Part shown: piece by piece, positions 40,642 through 48,673 of the stretch
Layout of the letters: each line of letters opens with the position of its first letter
Numbering within the stretch: position 1 is the first letter of the stretch
Position numbers and translations under genes: made by a program
Notes under the pieces: model-generated
Databases searched by the model: none
Seen by the model: only the letters and a program-made list of their open reading frames with translations
What the model was told of the DNA's origin: nothing
NCBI GenBank assembly: GCA_902517425.1
Contig: CABYCI010000001.1
Coordinates: 42,620 to 106,619, forward strand
Source: an uncultured SAR86 cluster bacterium
GTDB lineage: Bacteria; Pseudomonadota; Gammaproteobacteria; Magnimaribacterales; D2472
Length of the DNA stretch: 64,000 nt
Direction of reading: 5' to 3'

Positions 40642-42735
40642 TTAAAATTTATATCTTATAGTAAAGCCAATGTTTCTAGGATCTCCCTGTCTTTTATATA
40701 GAGTTTCAGTAAAATCTGGGGCCTCGTTTCCAAAGAAAAAACCTCTAGTTGAATAGTATTTATCAAAAATATTTCTTACCCAAAACTCTGCAGATAAATT
40801 AGCTTTTGAATATCCTATCGTTGCATTAAGCAGTTGGTATTTTTTAGATTTATTATCATGAGAATCAGAGTAATAGAAACTACTTTTACCATTAAAATCA
40901 ATTTTTACATATAGATTATTTTTTAAATCTAAGTTAGCTCCAACTGCATATGTCTTTTCAGGAGCGTGTGCTTGAGCTCTATTCTGAAGATCAGTTCTAG
41001 ACTCCCAATTTTTGATTTTAGTTTTTAAGATACCTAAATTGGCAAATAAATTTAAGTTATTATTTAAAGAATAATTTGAGTCGATTTCTAATCCATAATT
41101 TTCTCCCTCAGCAGCATTTTGAGTTAAGAAAGAAAAAGTATTTGGATCAGTTGGATCTACTTGCTTTGATATTAAAACTTGTTGATCTTCTCTCTTTGAG
41201 AAAAATATAACTAAAGAATAATTTAAATCTGTCATATTTGAATTAATTCCAATCTCGTAGTTTGTTAAAAATTCTGGGTCATACAAAAGAGAATCTTTAT
41301 TTGAATTATCAGTAGCATCAAGTCCAAGATTGAATCCACCTTGTTTATATCCCCGAGCGATTGAGACATAAATATTTGAGTTATTTTTATTATTTTTAAT
41401 TAATGAAATCTTTCCTCCGTTCATATTATCTGACGGATTAAAAGATTCATTATTTGAATCCTTGTATTTCGATTCCCAAGTCTCATATCTCAATCCAAAA
41501 GCAATCTTATAATTATCTGATAAAAAATAATCAAAATTTCCAAATATTGATACGTTTTCAGAATCATAATTTCTTGAAACTATTGTTTCACTTACATATG
41601 GGCCATAGGGATCAGATGGATCACCATAAATTCCATCATCTTTGGTTATATTTGTTTCTTCCAGTTCACTAAAATTAAAACCAAAAATCCATTCAAATGG
41701 GTTATTTTTAGAAAAATCAGTATTTTTTGATAAAATACGTAATTCTTGGTTAAAAGTATCTCTTTTTCGTAGTGTTTCTGAAAAATAATCATATGTATAA
41801 GGGAAATGAGAGTCATAATTTCCCCAATCTGCATCATAACTAAAAATAATGTCGGTTTTGGTGGAACTTGTTATGCTTTGAAGTTCAAAATTAACAAAAT
41901 TCTTAGAAATTTTTACTTTAAATGAATCAGTATTTTGAGAATCCATCCCTGGACGATCTGATAGCGTATTTAGACTACCATCAATAGTCCAAATATCAGC
42001 CGGGTCGTCCATATCAATTTTTGAAATTAGAAAATCTATATTTGTAGTTTCATTAAACTCCCAATTTAATTTATATCGCAATGTCAGTTCATCTTTTTTT
42101 GAAGTATCTGATTTATTTAGGTAAATATTTTTTCTAAAGCCATCTGCATAATCAGTTCTGAAAACAACACGATATTTTAATTTTTTATTTTTCATTGGTC
42201 CGCCAAATGCAACGCCTATATTTTGTGTTCCATAATCACCAATAGTTAATTCAGAAGTGCCTTCAAATTTATCAGTTGGTTCTTTAGTTTTAATATAAAT
42301 TAATCCTGCAAGAGCATTTGCACCTGCTCGTGAACCTTGCGGCCCTCGATAAACCTCAACCTGATCAACATCAAATAGAGTTGCAATTCCACCTTGTCCA
42401 GAATAATCAATATCATCTATTAAAAATCCAACAGAAGAGTTGGGTGTTCCTTGGTAGCCAGATCTCTCTCCGATTCCACGAATCTGAAAATATCTTGCTC
42501 TAGAATCTGAAGCAGCATAATTTAGATTAGGTACAAGGTATGAGAGCTGTTGAAAATGTTTTATTGCTTGCGACTCAATTTTTTTTGACTGAATAATTGT
42601 GATACTTGAATCTTCTTCATTGATAGGTTTTTCTCTGTATTCTCCTTTAACGATGATCTCTTCTACATCTTGTGAAAAAATAGAAATAGAAAATAATATT
42701 GGTAAAAGAAATAAAAAAAATTTTCTGATATACAT
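40642..42735 (-). CDS. TonB-dependent outer-membrane receptor
   Basis: Signal peptide MYIRKFFLFLLPILFSISIFSQ, the plug block VEVYRGPQGSRAGANALAGLIYIKTKEP, and a beta-barrel ending in IGFTIRYKF with a terminal Phe. The start is moved from 42774 to ATG 42735, because the 13 extra codons lie inside the riboswitch. Confidence 0.9.
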   Translation of the reverse strand: MYIRKFFLFLLPILFSISIFSQDVEEIIVKGEYREKPINEEDSSITIIQSKKIESQAIKHFQQLSYLVPNLNYAASDSRARYFQIRGIGERSGYQGTPNSSVGFLIDDIDYSGQGGIATLFDVDQVEVYRGPQGSRAGANALAGLIYIKTKEPTDKFEGTSELTIGDYGTQNIGVAFGGPMKNKKLKYRVVFRTDYADGFRKNIYLNKSDTSKKDELTLRYKLNWEFNETTNIDFLISKIDMDDPADIWTIDGSLNTLSDRPGMDSQNTDSFKVKISKNFVNFELQSITSSTKTDIIFSYDADWGNYDSHFPYTYDYFSETLRKRDTFNQELRILSKNTDFSKNNPFEWIFGFNFSELEETNITKDDGIYGDPSDPYGPYVSETIVSRNYDSENVSIFGNFDYFLSDNYKIAFGLRYETWESKYKDSNNESFNPSDNMNGGKISLIKNNKNNSNIYVSIARGYKQGGFNLGLDATDNSNKDSLLYDPEFLTNYEIGINSNMTDLNYSLVIFFSKREDQQVLISKQVDPTDPNTFSFLTQNAAEGENYGLEIDSNYSLNNNLNLFANLGILKTKIKNWESRTDLQNRAQAHAPEKTYAVGANLDLKNNLYVKIDFNGKSSFYYSDSHDNKSKKYQLLNATIGYSKANLSAEFWVRNIFDKYYSTRGFFFGNEAPDFTETLYKRQGDPRNIGFTIRYKF

Positions 42736-42817
42736 ATGCAATTCCTCCGCAACTATTGTGTTGATCAGGTTCAAAGAGTTTCCTAAGATCTCAGACTTTC
42801 AAGCCACCCCTTTGCAT
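42736..42817 (-). promoter_or_regulatory. TPP (THI-box) riboswitch
   Basis: The minus-strand RNA reads AUGCAA-A-GGGGUGG-CUUGAAAGU-CUGAGA-UCUUAGGAAACUCUUUGAACCUGAUC-AACACAAUAGUU-GCGGAGGAA-UUGCAU-AUG. It contains the conserved GGGGUG, CUGAGA, ACCUGAUC and GCG.AGGAA elements and a P5-like hairpin CAAC/GUUG. A 6-bp P1 (AUGCAA/UUGCAU) has its 3' strand abutting the start codon, and the SD GGAGG lies inside the aptamer. Confidence 0.8.
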
Positions 42818-42910
42818 CTAAAGCTTATATTAATAGATATTCATTTAATTTAGTAGTGTTGATTTTAAATAAATTCTGGGTATATATGATAATATATTTA
42901 GTACCGCATA

Positions 42911-45010
42911 TCAGTTATTTATGACATTTAATGCATAGCCATATATTTCAGATATTTGATTTATTCTTTTGTCTTTTGGAGTTCCTGCGCCATGACCAGC
43001 TCTATCTTCTACTCTTATCAAAATAGGGTTATTACAAGATTGTAATTCCTGTAATTTTGCAGCAAATTTAAATGAGTGAGATGGTACAACTCTATCGTCA
43101 CGACTTGCAGTTGTAATAAGTGTTGTTGGATAACAAACATCAGATTTAATATTATGAAGAGGCGAATATGCTAATAAATTTTCAAACTCATCTTTTTTTT
43201 CTGAAGAGCCATAATCGCTTTCCCATGCCCAGCCAATTGTAAATTTATTAAATCTTAACATGTCTAATACTCCAACCTGAGGAATGGCAACTTTAAATAG
43301 ATCTGGATTTTGAAGCATGGTCGCTGCCACTAAAAGTCCACCATTAGATCTTCCATCAATAGCTGTGGTTTTTGGTGAACCAATTTTCTTAGCATGTAAA
43401 AATTTTGCTGCGTAAGCAAAGTCGTCAAAAACATTTTGTTTATTGAGTAACATGCCAGCCTCATGCCAAGCATCTCCATACTCTGCTCCACCTCTTAAAT
43501 TTGCAACAGCATATACTCCATTTTGATTTTTCCATGCTGTTTGATTTTTACTGAAATTTGGAAGTATCGAAATATTAAAACCACCATAACCATAAATTAA
43601 TAATGGCGTGCTCTCATTAATAATTAAATCTTTCTTATGACTAATATGAATTGGGATTTTTGTGCCGTCTTTTGATACAAAGAATTCCATACTTGAAACA
43701 TAATCATCTGAGTTATAACCATCGAGCTCTTCTTTCCAAAATAGTTTAAAAGATAAATCTGTTAAATCTATCTCATATATTTCTCTAGGAACAACATAAT
43801 TGGTAATTGCGAAATAAGAACTGCTATCATTAATTCCTCCACTAAATCCACTAATGGTTCCTTTTGTAGGTAAGGATAATTTAGAAATAAATTTCCCAGA
43901 TAAGTCAAAAACACTAATTTGTGAGAAAGTATCCTCTAAATAATTAATTACAAATGAACTATTTATAATATTTGCCGATCTGATAGCCTTTTTAGATTCT
44001 GAGATGACTTCATTCCAAACAAAAGAGCCATTTTTTACCTCTAAATTAACAATTTTTCCATTTGGGGCATTTTCAGTTGTATAAAACCACAAAATATTAT
44101 CTTTACTATCAATAAAGCTATATGTTCCAATCAAACTATCAATAATAGGTATAAATTCGCTATTTTTATTCAATTTTATATAAATTCTATTTCTATCATC
44201 AGTTCCTTCTGAAATAGATAGCAATTTCATTTCGCTATCTTTTATTACAGTTATCCCAAATCCCCATCTTGGATTATCAGGATTATCATAAATTAGGATA
44301 TCTTCAGACTGATTTGTTCCAATCTTATGAAACATTAATTTAGGGGATTCATTTAATTCCTTTAAAAGTTCTCCGTCTGGTTCTTCATATCTTCGATAGT
44401 AAAAACCACTATCATCATTTTCCCAGGATGCACCAGAAAACTTTGCCCATTTGAGTTCATCTTCAAGCACTTCACCAGTTTCTATATTCATGACTTTCCA
44501 GGTCCTCCAATCAGAACCACCATCAGAGATTGAAAACGCCATGAGAGTTGCATCATTACTTACACTTGTTCCGCCAAGAGATATAGTTCCATCTTCTGAA
44601 AAAGTGCTTGGATCTATTAAAACCCTTTCCTGGCAATCTTCACAATCTCTGATCATCAGTTTGCTTTGCTGGAATGTGCCATCATTGAAATAATAGAAAG
44701 TTTTATCATTGATTTTATATGGAGTTGATATTGATTCATTTTCCCAAATTGTTTCTAGATAATTTGATATATTTTTTTTGTATTTGTTTTTTTTAAGATA
44801 TTTCTCAGAGAACTTATTTTGTCTTTGAACCCAGTCTAATGAATCTTCACTTGTAAAATCTTCAAGCCATCTATATGAATCTGTGATTTCATAGCCATGA
44901 AGTTTTTCAGCAAAGTATATTTTTTTTGATTCAGGATAATTTATTTCCTTGTCATAATCACTGCAAGAAATTATTAAAAATACTAATAGGTAGGTGGATA
45001 ATTTATACAT
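42911..45010 (-). CDS. Prolyl oligopeptidase (S9A family), lipoprotein-type signal
   Basis: The N-terminal lipobox is LIISC. It also has D.YRWLED, a beta-propeller region, the catalytic GRSNGGLLV, and the DDRV and GHG blocks. Size is 699 aa. Confidence 0.9.
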   Translation of the reverse strand: MYKLSTYLLVFLIISCSDYDKEINYPESKKIYFAEKLHGYEITDSYRWLEDFTSEDSLDWVQRQNKFSEKYLKKNKYKKNISNYLETIWENESISTPYKINDKTFYYFNDGTFQQSKLMIRDCEDCQERVLIDPSTFSEDGTISLGGTSVSNDATLMAFSISDGGSDWRTWKVMNIETGEVLEDELKWAKFSGASWENDDSGFYYRRYEEPDGELLKELNESPKLMFHKIGTNQSEDILIYDNPDNPRWGFGITVIKDSEMKLLSISEGTDDRNRIYIKLNKNSEFIPIIDSLIGTYSFIDSKDNILWFYTTENAPNGKIVNLEVKNGSFVWNEVISESKKAIRSANIINSSFVINYLEDTFSQISVFDLSGKFISKLSLPTKGTISGFSGGINDSSSYFAITNYVVPREIYEIDLTDLSFKLFWKEELDGYNSDDYVSSMEFFVSKDGTKIPIHISHKKDLIINESTPLLIYGYGGFNISILPNFSKNQTAWKNQNGVYAVANLRGGAEYGDAWHEAGMLLNKQNVFDDFAYAAKFLHAKKIGSPKTTAIDGRSNGGLLVAATMLQNPDLFKVAIPQVGVLDMLRFNKFTIGWAWESDYGSSEKKDEFENLLAYSPLHNIKSDVCYPTTLITTASRDDRVVPSHSFKFAAKLQELQSCNNPILIRVEDRAGHGAGTPKDKRINQISEIYGYALNVINN

Positions 45011-45038
45011 ATTAAATATATTACTTTACAATTGAGGC

Positions 45039-45713
45039 ATGAATCAATTTAAAGCTGCATGGGGATTTGCTTTTGCAAATTGGAAATTCTTCTTAATATT
45101 AGGACTTCCAATAATTGCAATGGAAACTATCCTTGGTTATCTAGTTATGCCTCTAAATGAAATGACACAACCTGAAGATTTTTTTGAGTTTTTTGAAACT
45201 AATTCTCTGATGATTGGATTGGTTGGATTGATTGGTCTGATTGTTCAGATATCATTTTTAGGTGGTATATGGGTTGCATACATGTCAATTGATGCTGGTA
45301 AGGAAATTAATCCTATAAGTGCTTTGCAAGCTGGTTTAACAAAATTTTTTCCTCTATTTGGCGCGTATTTGTTGGTAACAATAGTTTCAACTTTTGGTTA
45401 TTTATTGCTAATACTTCCTGGAATTTACTTATCTGCAAGATTTGGATTATTTGCTGCACAAATAATGTTTGAAGATAATAAAGTTTTAGAGTCAATAAGT
45501 TCTTCATGGGAAAAAACAGACGAGCATGGGTCAAAATTATTTATGTTCACTTTGGTCTTTATATGTTTAATTTTTATTTCTGCACTGATACTAGGCGCTA
45601 TCATTCCTGATGGAATCACTCAAATCATTATTCTATCGATAACTGAATATATTTTTATAATTCCACTAGGTTATATTTTCTTTACTCTTTATAAGTCTCT
45701 TAAAACTGAATAG
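45039..45713 (+). CDS. Polytopic membrane protein, YciC/UPF0259-like
   Basis: About 6 TM helices. The segment LPGIYLSARFGLFAAQIMFEDNKVLESISSSWEKT resembles E. coli YciC [35 protein letters not shown]. Confidence 0.45.
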   Translation: MNQFKAAWGFAFANWKFFLILGLPIIAMETILGYLVMPLNEMTQPEDFFEFFETNSLMIGLVGLIGLIVQISFLGGIWVAYMSIDAGKEINPISALQAGLTKFFPLFGAYLLVTIVSTFGYLLLILPGIYLSARFGLFAAQIMFEDNKVLESISSSWEKTDEHGSKLFMFTLVFICLIFISALILGAIIPDGITQIIILSITEYIFIIPLGYIFFTLYKSLKTE

Positions 45714-45718
45714 AGTAA

Positions 45719-45747
45719 TTGTCGAAAGGCTAATTCAAAGGTAGAAT
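45719..45747 (+). promoter_or_regulatory. Putative sigma70 promoter of tRNA-Ile
   Basis: TTGTCG (45719-45724), a 17-nt spacer and TAGAAT (45742-45747), ending 15 nt before the mature tRNA 5' end. Confidence 0.5.
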
Positions 45748-45762
45748 GCTCATTCGTAATTA

Positions 45763-45841
45763 GGGCCTGTAGCTCAGTTTTGGTTAGAGCGTTCGACTGA
45801 TAATCGAGAGGTCGGAAGTTCGAGTCTTCCCAGGCCCACCA
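45763..45841 (+). tRNA. tRNA-Ile (anticodon GAU), CCA encoded
   Basis: Hand-folded cloverleaf. Acceptor stem is GGGCCTG/CAGGCCC. D arm is GCTC-AGTTTTGGTTA-GAGC. Anticodon arm is TTCGA-CTGATAA-TCGAG, with GAT at 45799-45801. Variable loop is AGGTC and the T arm is GGAAG-TTCGAGT-CTTCC, followed by discriminator A and CCA. Confidence 0.93.
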
Positions 45842-45871
45842 TAATTCTAAAAAGTTCTGATAAAATAAATT

Positions 45872-46069
45872 ATGGAAAAATTTCTAGAAACCATTCTAGC
45901 TTATAACAAGATAGGGTTTGGTTTAATTTTTATTGGGAGTGTTTTAAATGCAGTATCTCAGGAAATTGTTGTCTTAAATGAAGTTCCGTATCTTTCATCA
46001 ATAAGTTTTTTATTAGGTTTTGTTATTGGGCTTGTAGCACATATTAGGGGAAAATGGTTATGGGTCTAA
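45872..46069 (+). CDS. Possible small two-helix membrane protein
   Basis: 65 aa with two hydrophobic segments (FGLIFIGSVLNAV, ISFLLGFVIGLVAHI). It overlaps the desaturase start by 16 bp. No homology was recognised and it could be spurious. Confidence 0.25.
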   Translation: MEKFLETILAYNKIGFGLIFIGSVLNAVSQEIVVLNEVPYLSSISFLLGFVIGLVAHIRGKWLWV

Positions 46070-46959
46070 AAATCAGAGATGCTATATCTGAAGAGTTTTC
46101 ATTTGAAAAAGAAAAGGCTGTTGCAAAAAAATACGCTCAAAGATTTCAATGGGAAATGATTTTAATTGGCATTGGTCAGGCCTGTGTATGGTTTAGTTTG
46201 TGGCCGTTGGTTATATATGAAATCATTCCCTTATGGGTAGGATTTATAATTGCTAGTATCTGTGCGTGCATGGCCTATTTGCCATCACATGAAGCACAAC
46301 ATGGAAACTACTCAAGGGGCAATCCTAAAAAAAGATGGTTAGATTCTTTTGTTGGTAACTTTACTCTTGTAACATTAATTTATCCTTATGAAATATTGAG
46401 AGTTACTCATATGAAGCATCATGCATATACAAATCATGATGATAAAGATCCTGATTTTTTAACTTCAAATGCTAAATCTGTTGTAGAACTTATTTTGGTA
46501 TCTCTTAATGGAGCATCAACAGAATATGATAAAGCTAAAGAAATATATTCTAATGATATAGCTTTTCAAAAAGGTTTTGAAAAAGGCATAAAGGTTGCAT
46601 TGGCATACAGGGCAATATTAATGTTGCTAGTTTTCATGTTTCCACTTCAAACACTTTTATTGTGGTGGATACCTGCAAAAATTGGCACTGTATATACACA
46701 AATATTTTTTTCATACTATCCGCATATTGGTACAGAAGTTGGAAGATATAAAGATACAAGATTTTGGCAACATTGGATGCCAAGGTATCTTAATCACTCA
46801 ATGCAATTACATTTTGTACATCATCTTCATCCAAATATTGGACATTATGATGAGCCTAAAGCTATAGAAGAATTAAAACCATTCTTGATTGCTAGAGGGG
46901 TGCCAGGCGCAGAAGAAATTCCAGACAGAGTTACCTATAATCCTTTAGTAAAAATCTAG
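46054..46959 (+). CDS. Membrane di-iron fatty-acid-desaturase-family enzyme (three His boxes), substrate unknown
   Basis: The His boxes are HEAQHGN, HMKHHAYTNH and HFVHHLHPNIGHY, with TM helices before box 1 and between boxes 2 and 3. Confidence 0.75.
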   Translation: MVMGLKIRDAISEEFSFEKEKAVAKKYAQRFQWEMILIGIGQACVWFSLWPLVIYEIIPLWVGFIIASICACMAYLPSHEAQHGNYSRGNPKKRWLDSFVGNFTLVTLIYPYEILRVTHMKHHAYTNHDDKDPDFLTSNAKSVVELILVSLNGASTEYDKAKEIYSNDIAFQKGFEKGIKVALAYRAILMLLVFMFPLQTLLLWWIPAKIGTVYTQIFFSYYPHIGTEVGRYKDTRFWQHWMPRYLNHSMQLHFVHHLHPNIGHYDEPKAIEELKPFLIARGVPGAEEIPDRVTYNPLVKI

Positions 46960-47411
46960 AACTTTATTGCTAATAATTCTATCTCAAAGATAAGAATTGA
47001 GTTAGATGGAATACCTGGTCTTCCTTCCTCTCCATAAGCCATAGTTGGATCAATATATACCATCCACTTATCTCCTTTCTTCATTAAAGATATTGCCTTT
47101 TGACAACCTATGATTAATTTTGATAACTCTATTTCTAATGGTTCGGTGTCAAGAGAGCTCCAAAAAACTTCTCCGTTAGTGAGAGTGCCATGAAAATGAG
47201 CAGTTATAGTTTGATTTAATTCCGGGTTTGGTCCACTTGCATCACCTTGATTAATAACTGAATACTGAAGCCCTGGTTCAATTTCAACAACCTCAACATT
47301 CTTTTTGTTATCTATAAAGAACTGCATATTTCCAATTTGCTGAACATTTGGGCTATCTTGGGCGCATGAAATTAATATAAACAAGCTAGAGAGGATTAAG
47401 AGATTTTTCAT
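46956..47411 (-). CDS. FKBP-type peptidyl-prolyl cis-trans isomerase lipoprotein
   Basis: The lipobox is LILISC. The FKBP core reads GLQYSVINQG...ITAHFHGTLTNGEVFWSS...IIGCQKAISLMKKGDKWMVYIDPTMAYGEEG..IPSNSILIFEIELL. Confidence 0.85.
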   Translation of the reverse strand: MKNLLILSSLFILISCAQDSPNVQQIGNMQFFIDNKKNVEVVEIEPGLQYSVINQGDASGPNPELNQTITAHFHGTLTNGEVFWSSLDTEPLEIELSKLIIGCQKAISLMKKGDKWMVYIDPTMAYGEEGRPGIPSNSILIFEIELLAIKF

Positions 47412-47413
47412 AA

Positions 47414-48601
47414 TTAAACTTTTATTTTAAGGAACTTTCTTTTGCCAACTTGATAAATATCTTCAGTTCCTTTTGGAATTTCTAATTTTGAGTCTTCAAC
47501 CTTTTTGGAATTAATCTTAATTCCGCCTTGTTTTATTAATCTATTTCCCTCAGAAATACTGGTAATCATATTTGTATCTTTCAAAAGATTGACTAAAAGA
47601 ATTGTATCTTTTTCAATTTTAACTTCGGTTAACTCAATTTCATCTGGCATATTTCCTTTTTGGAATCTATTTAAGAAAGCCTCTTTAGATTTTTCTCCAT
47701 CTCCATCTTCATGAAACCTATCTACGAGCTCTTCCGCTAAGACAAATTTAATATCTCTTGGATTTTTTCCTGCATCCATTTCATCTTTTAACTTAGATAT
47801 TTCTTCTTCAGGCATAAAACTTAATAGCTCAAACCATCTCCACATCAAATCATCAGATATTGACATTATTTTTCCAAACATCTCATCGGGATCTTCATCT
47901 ATAGCAATATAGTTATCTAATGATTTAGACATTTTCTTTTCGCCATCTAGGCCTTCAAGAATTGGAACAGTGATAACAACTTGTGGGTCTTGGTCGTAAT
48001 CTCTTTGTAGCTCTCTTCCAACCAAAAGATTAAATTTTTGGTCTGTTCCTCCGCACTCAACATCAGCTTTAAGTGCAACTGAATCATATCCTTGAACAAG
48101 TGGATATAAGAATTCATGGATAGCAATACTTTTGTTTGACGTAAATCTTTTATTAAAATCGTCTCTTTCAAGCATTCTTGCAACATTATATTTTGAAGCA
48201 AGCTTGATTAGCCCATCTGCACCAAGCTGATCACACCATTCAGAATTAAATTTAATTTCTGTAAGTTCTTTTTTTAAGATTTTAAAAACTTGTTTTTCAT
48301 ATGTCTTTGCATTCTCAATAAGATCTTTTGAATTTAGTGTTGGTCTTGTTTTATTTTTGCCTGATGGATCTCCAATTCTTCCAGTAAAATCACCAATTAA
48401 AAATATCACTTTGTGACCTAAATCCTGAAAGTGTCTGAGTTTGTTTAGTAGAACAGTATGGCCAAGATGTAAGTCAGGTGCTGTTGGATCGAAGCCAGCT
48501 TTTATAACAAGCTGCTTGCCTGATTTAAGTTTCTTTGTGAGATCAGTTTCGGTAAGTATTTCATCTGTACCCCTATTAATGATTTTAAAAGCATCTTCCA
48601 T
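47414..48601 (-). CDS. tyrS: Tyrosyl-tRNA synthetase
   Basis: HIGH-type [14 protein letters not shown] (KKMSKSL) and a C-terminal S4-like domain ([15 protein letters not shown]) are present. Size is 395 aa. Confidence 0.95.
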   Translation of the reverse strand: MEDAFKIINRGTDEILTETDLTKKLKSGKQLVIKAGFDPTAPDLHLGHTVLLNKLRHFQDLGHKVIFLIGDFTGRIGDPSGKNKTRPTLNSKDLIENAKTYEKQVFKILKKELTEIKFNSEWCDQLGADGLIKLASKYNVARMLERDDFNKRFTSNKSIAIHEFLYPLVQGYDSVALKADVECGGTDQKFNLLVGRELQRDYDQDPQVVITVPILEGLDGEKKMSKSLDNYIAIDEDPDEMFGKIMSISDDLMWRWFELLSFMPEEEISKLKDEMDAGKNPRDIKFVLAEELVDRFHEDGDGEKSKEAFLNRFQKGNMPDEIELTEVKIEKDTILLVNLLKDTNMITSISEGNRLIKQGGIKINSKKVEDSKLEIPKGTEDIYQVGKRKFLKIKV

Positions 48602-48673
48602 AACACTATCATAGTATTTTTATATCATTATTAGAATCACAAAGTTGCTACTTAGAACTTAAAGATTAAAATA

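Noticed and set aside
42736-42774. Longer TonB-receptor start at 42774 (MNLINTIVAEELH...)
   Set aside because: The 13 extra codons are the 3' half of the TPP aptamer, and the sequence lacks a signal-peptide character. ATG 42735 is preceded by GGAGG and begins a classical signal peptide.
42599-42853. 84-aa + strand ORF spanning the TonB-receptor start and the upstream region
   Set aside because: It overlaps the receptor signal peptide antisense and runs across the TPP riboswitch. The riboswitch explains the conservation-like structure of this stretch.
38775-45841. Genomic island bounded by the integrase-like ORF and tRNA-Ile
   Set aside because: The tRNA 3' end points away from this segment, and islands insert at the 3' end. 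I could not see a copy of the tRNA 3' half near 38.6-38.8 kb. The integrase-like ORF also lacks a catalytic domain. I kept only the weaker old-junction idea inside the repeat finding.
46054-46959. Whether the His-box protein is the missing retinal-forming Blh/Brp dioxygenase
   Set aside because: Blh/Brp enzymes do not carry the three canonical HxxxH / HxxHH / HxxHH desaturase boxes seen here. The fold family is FA-desaturase-like, so a direct carotenoid-cleavage role is not supported.
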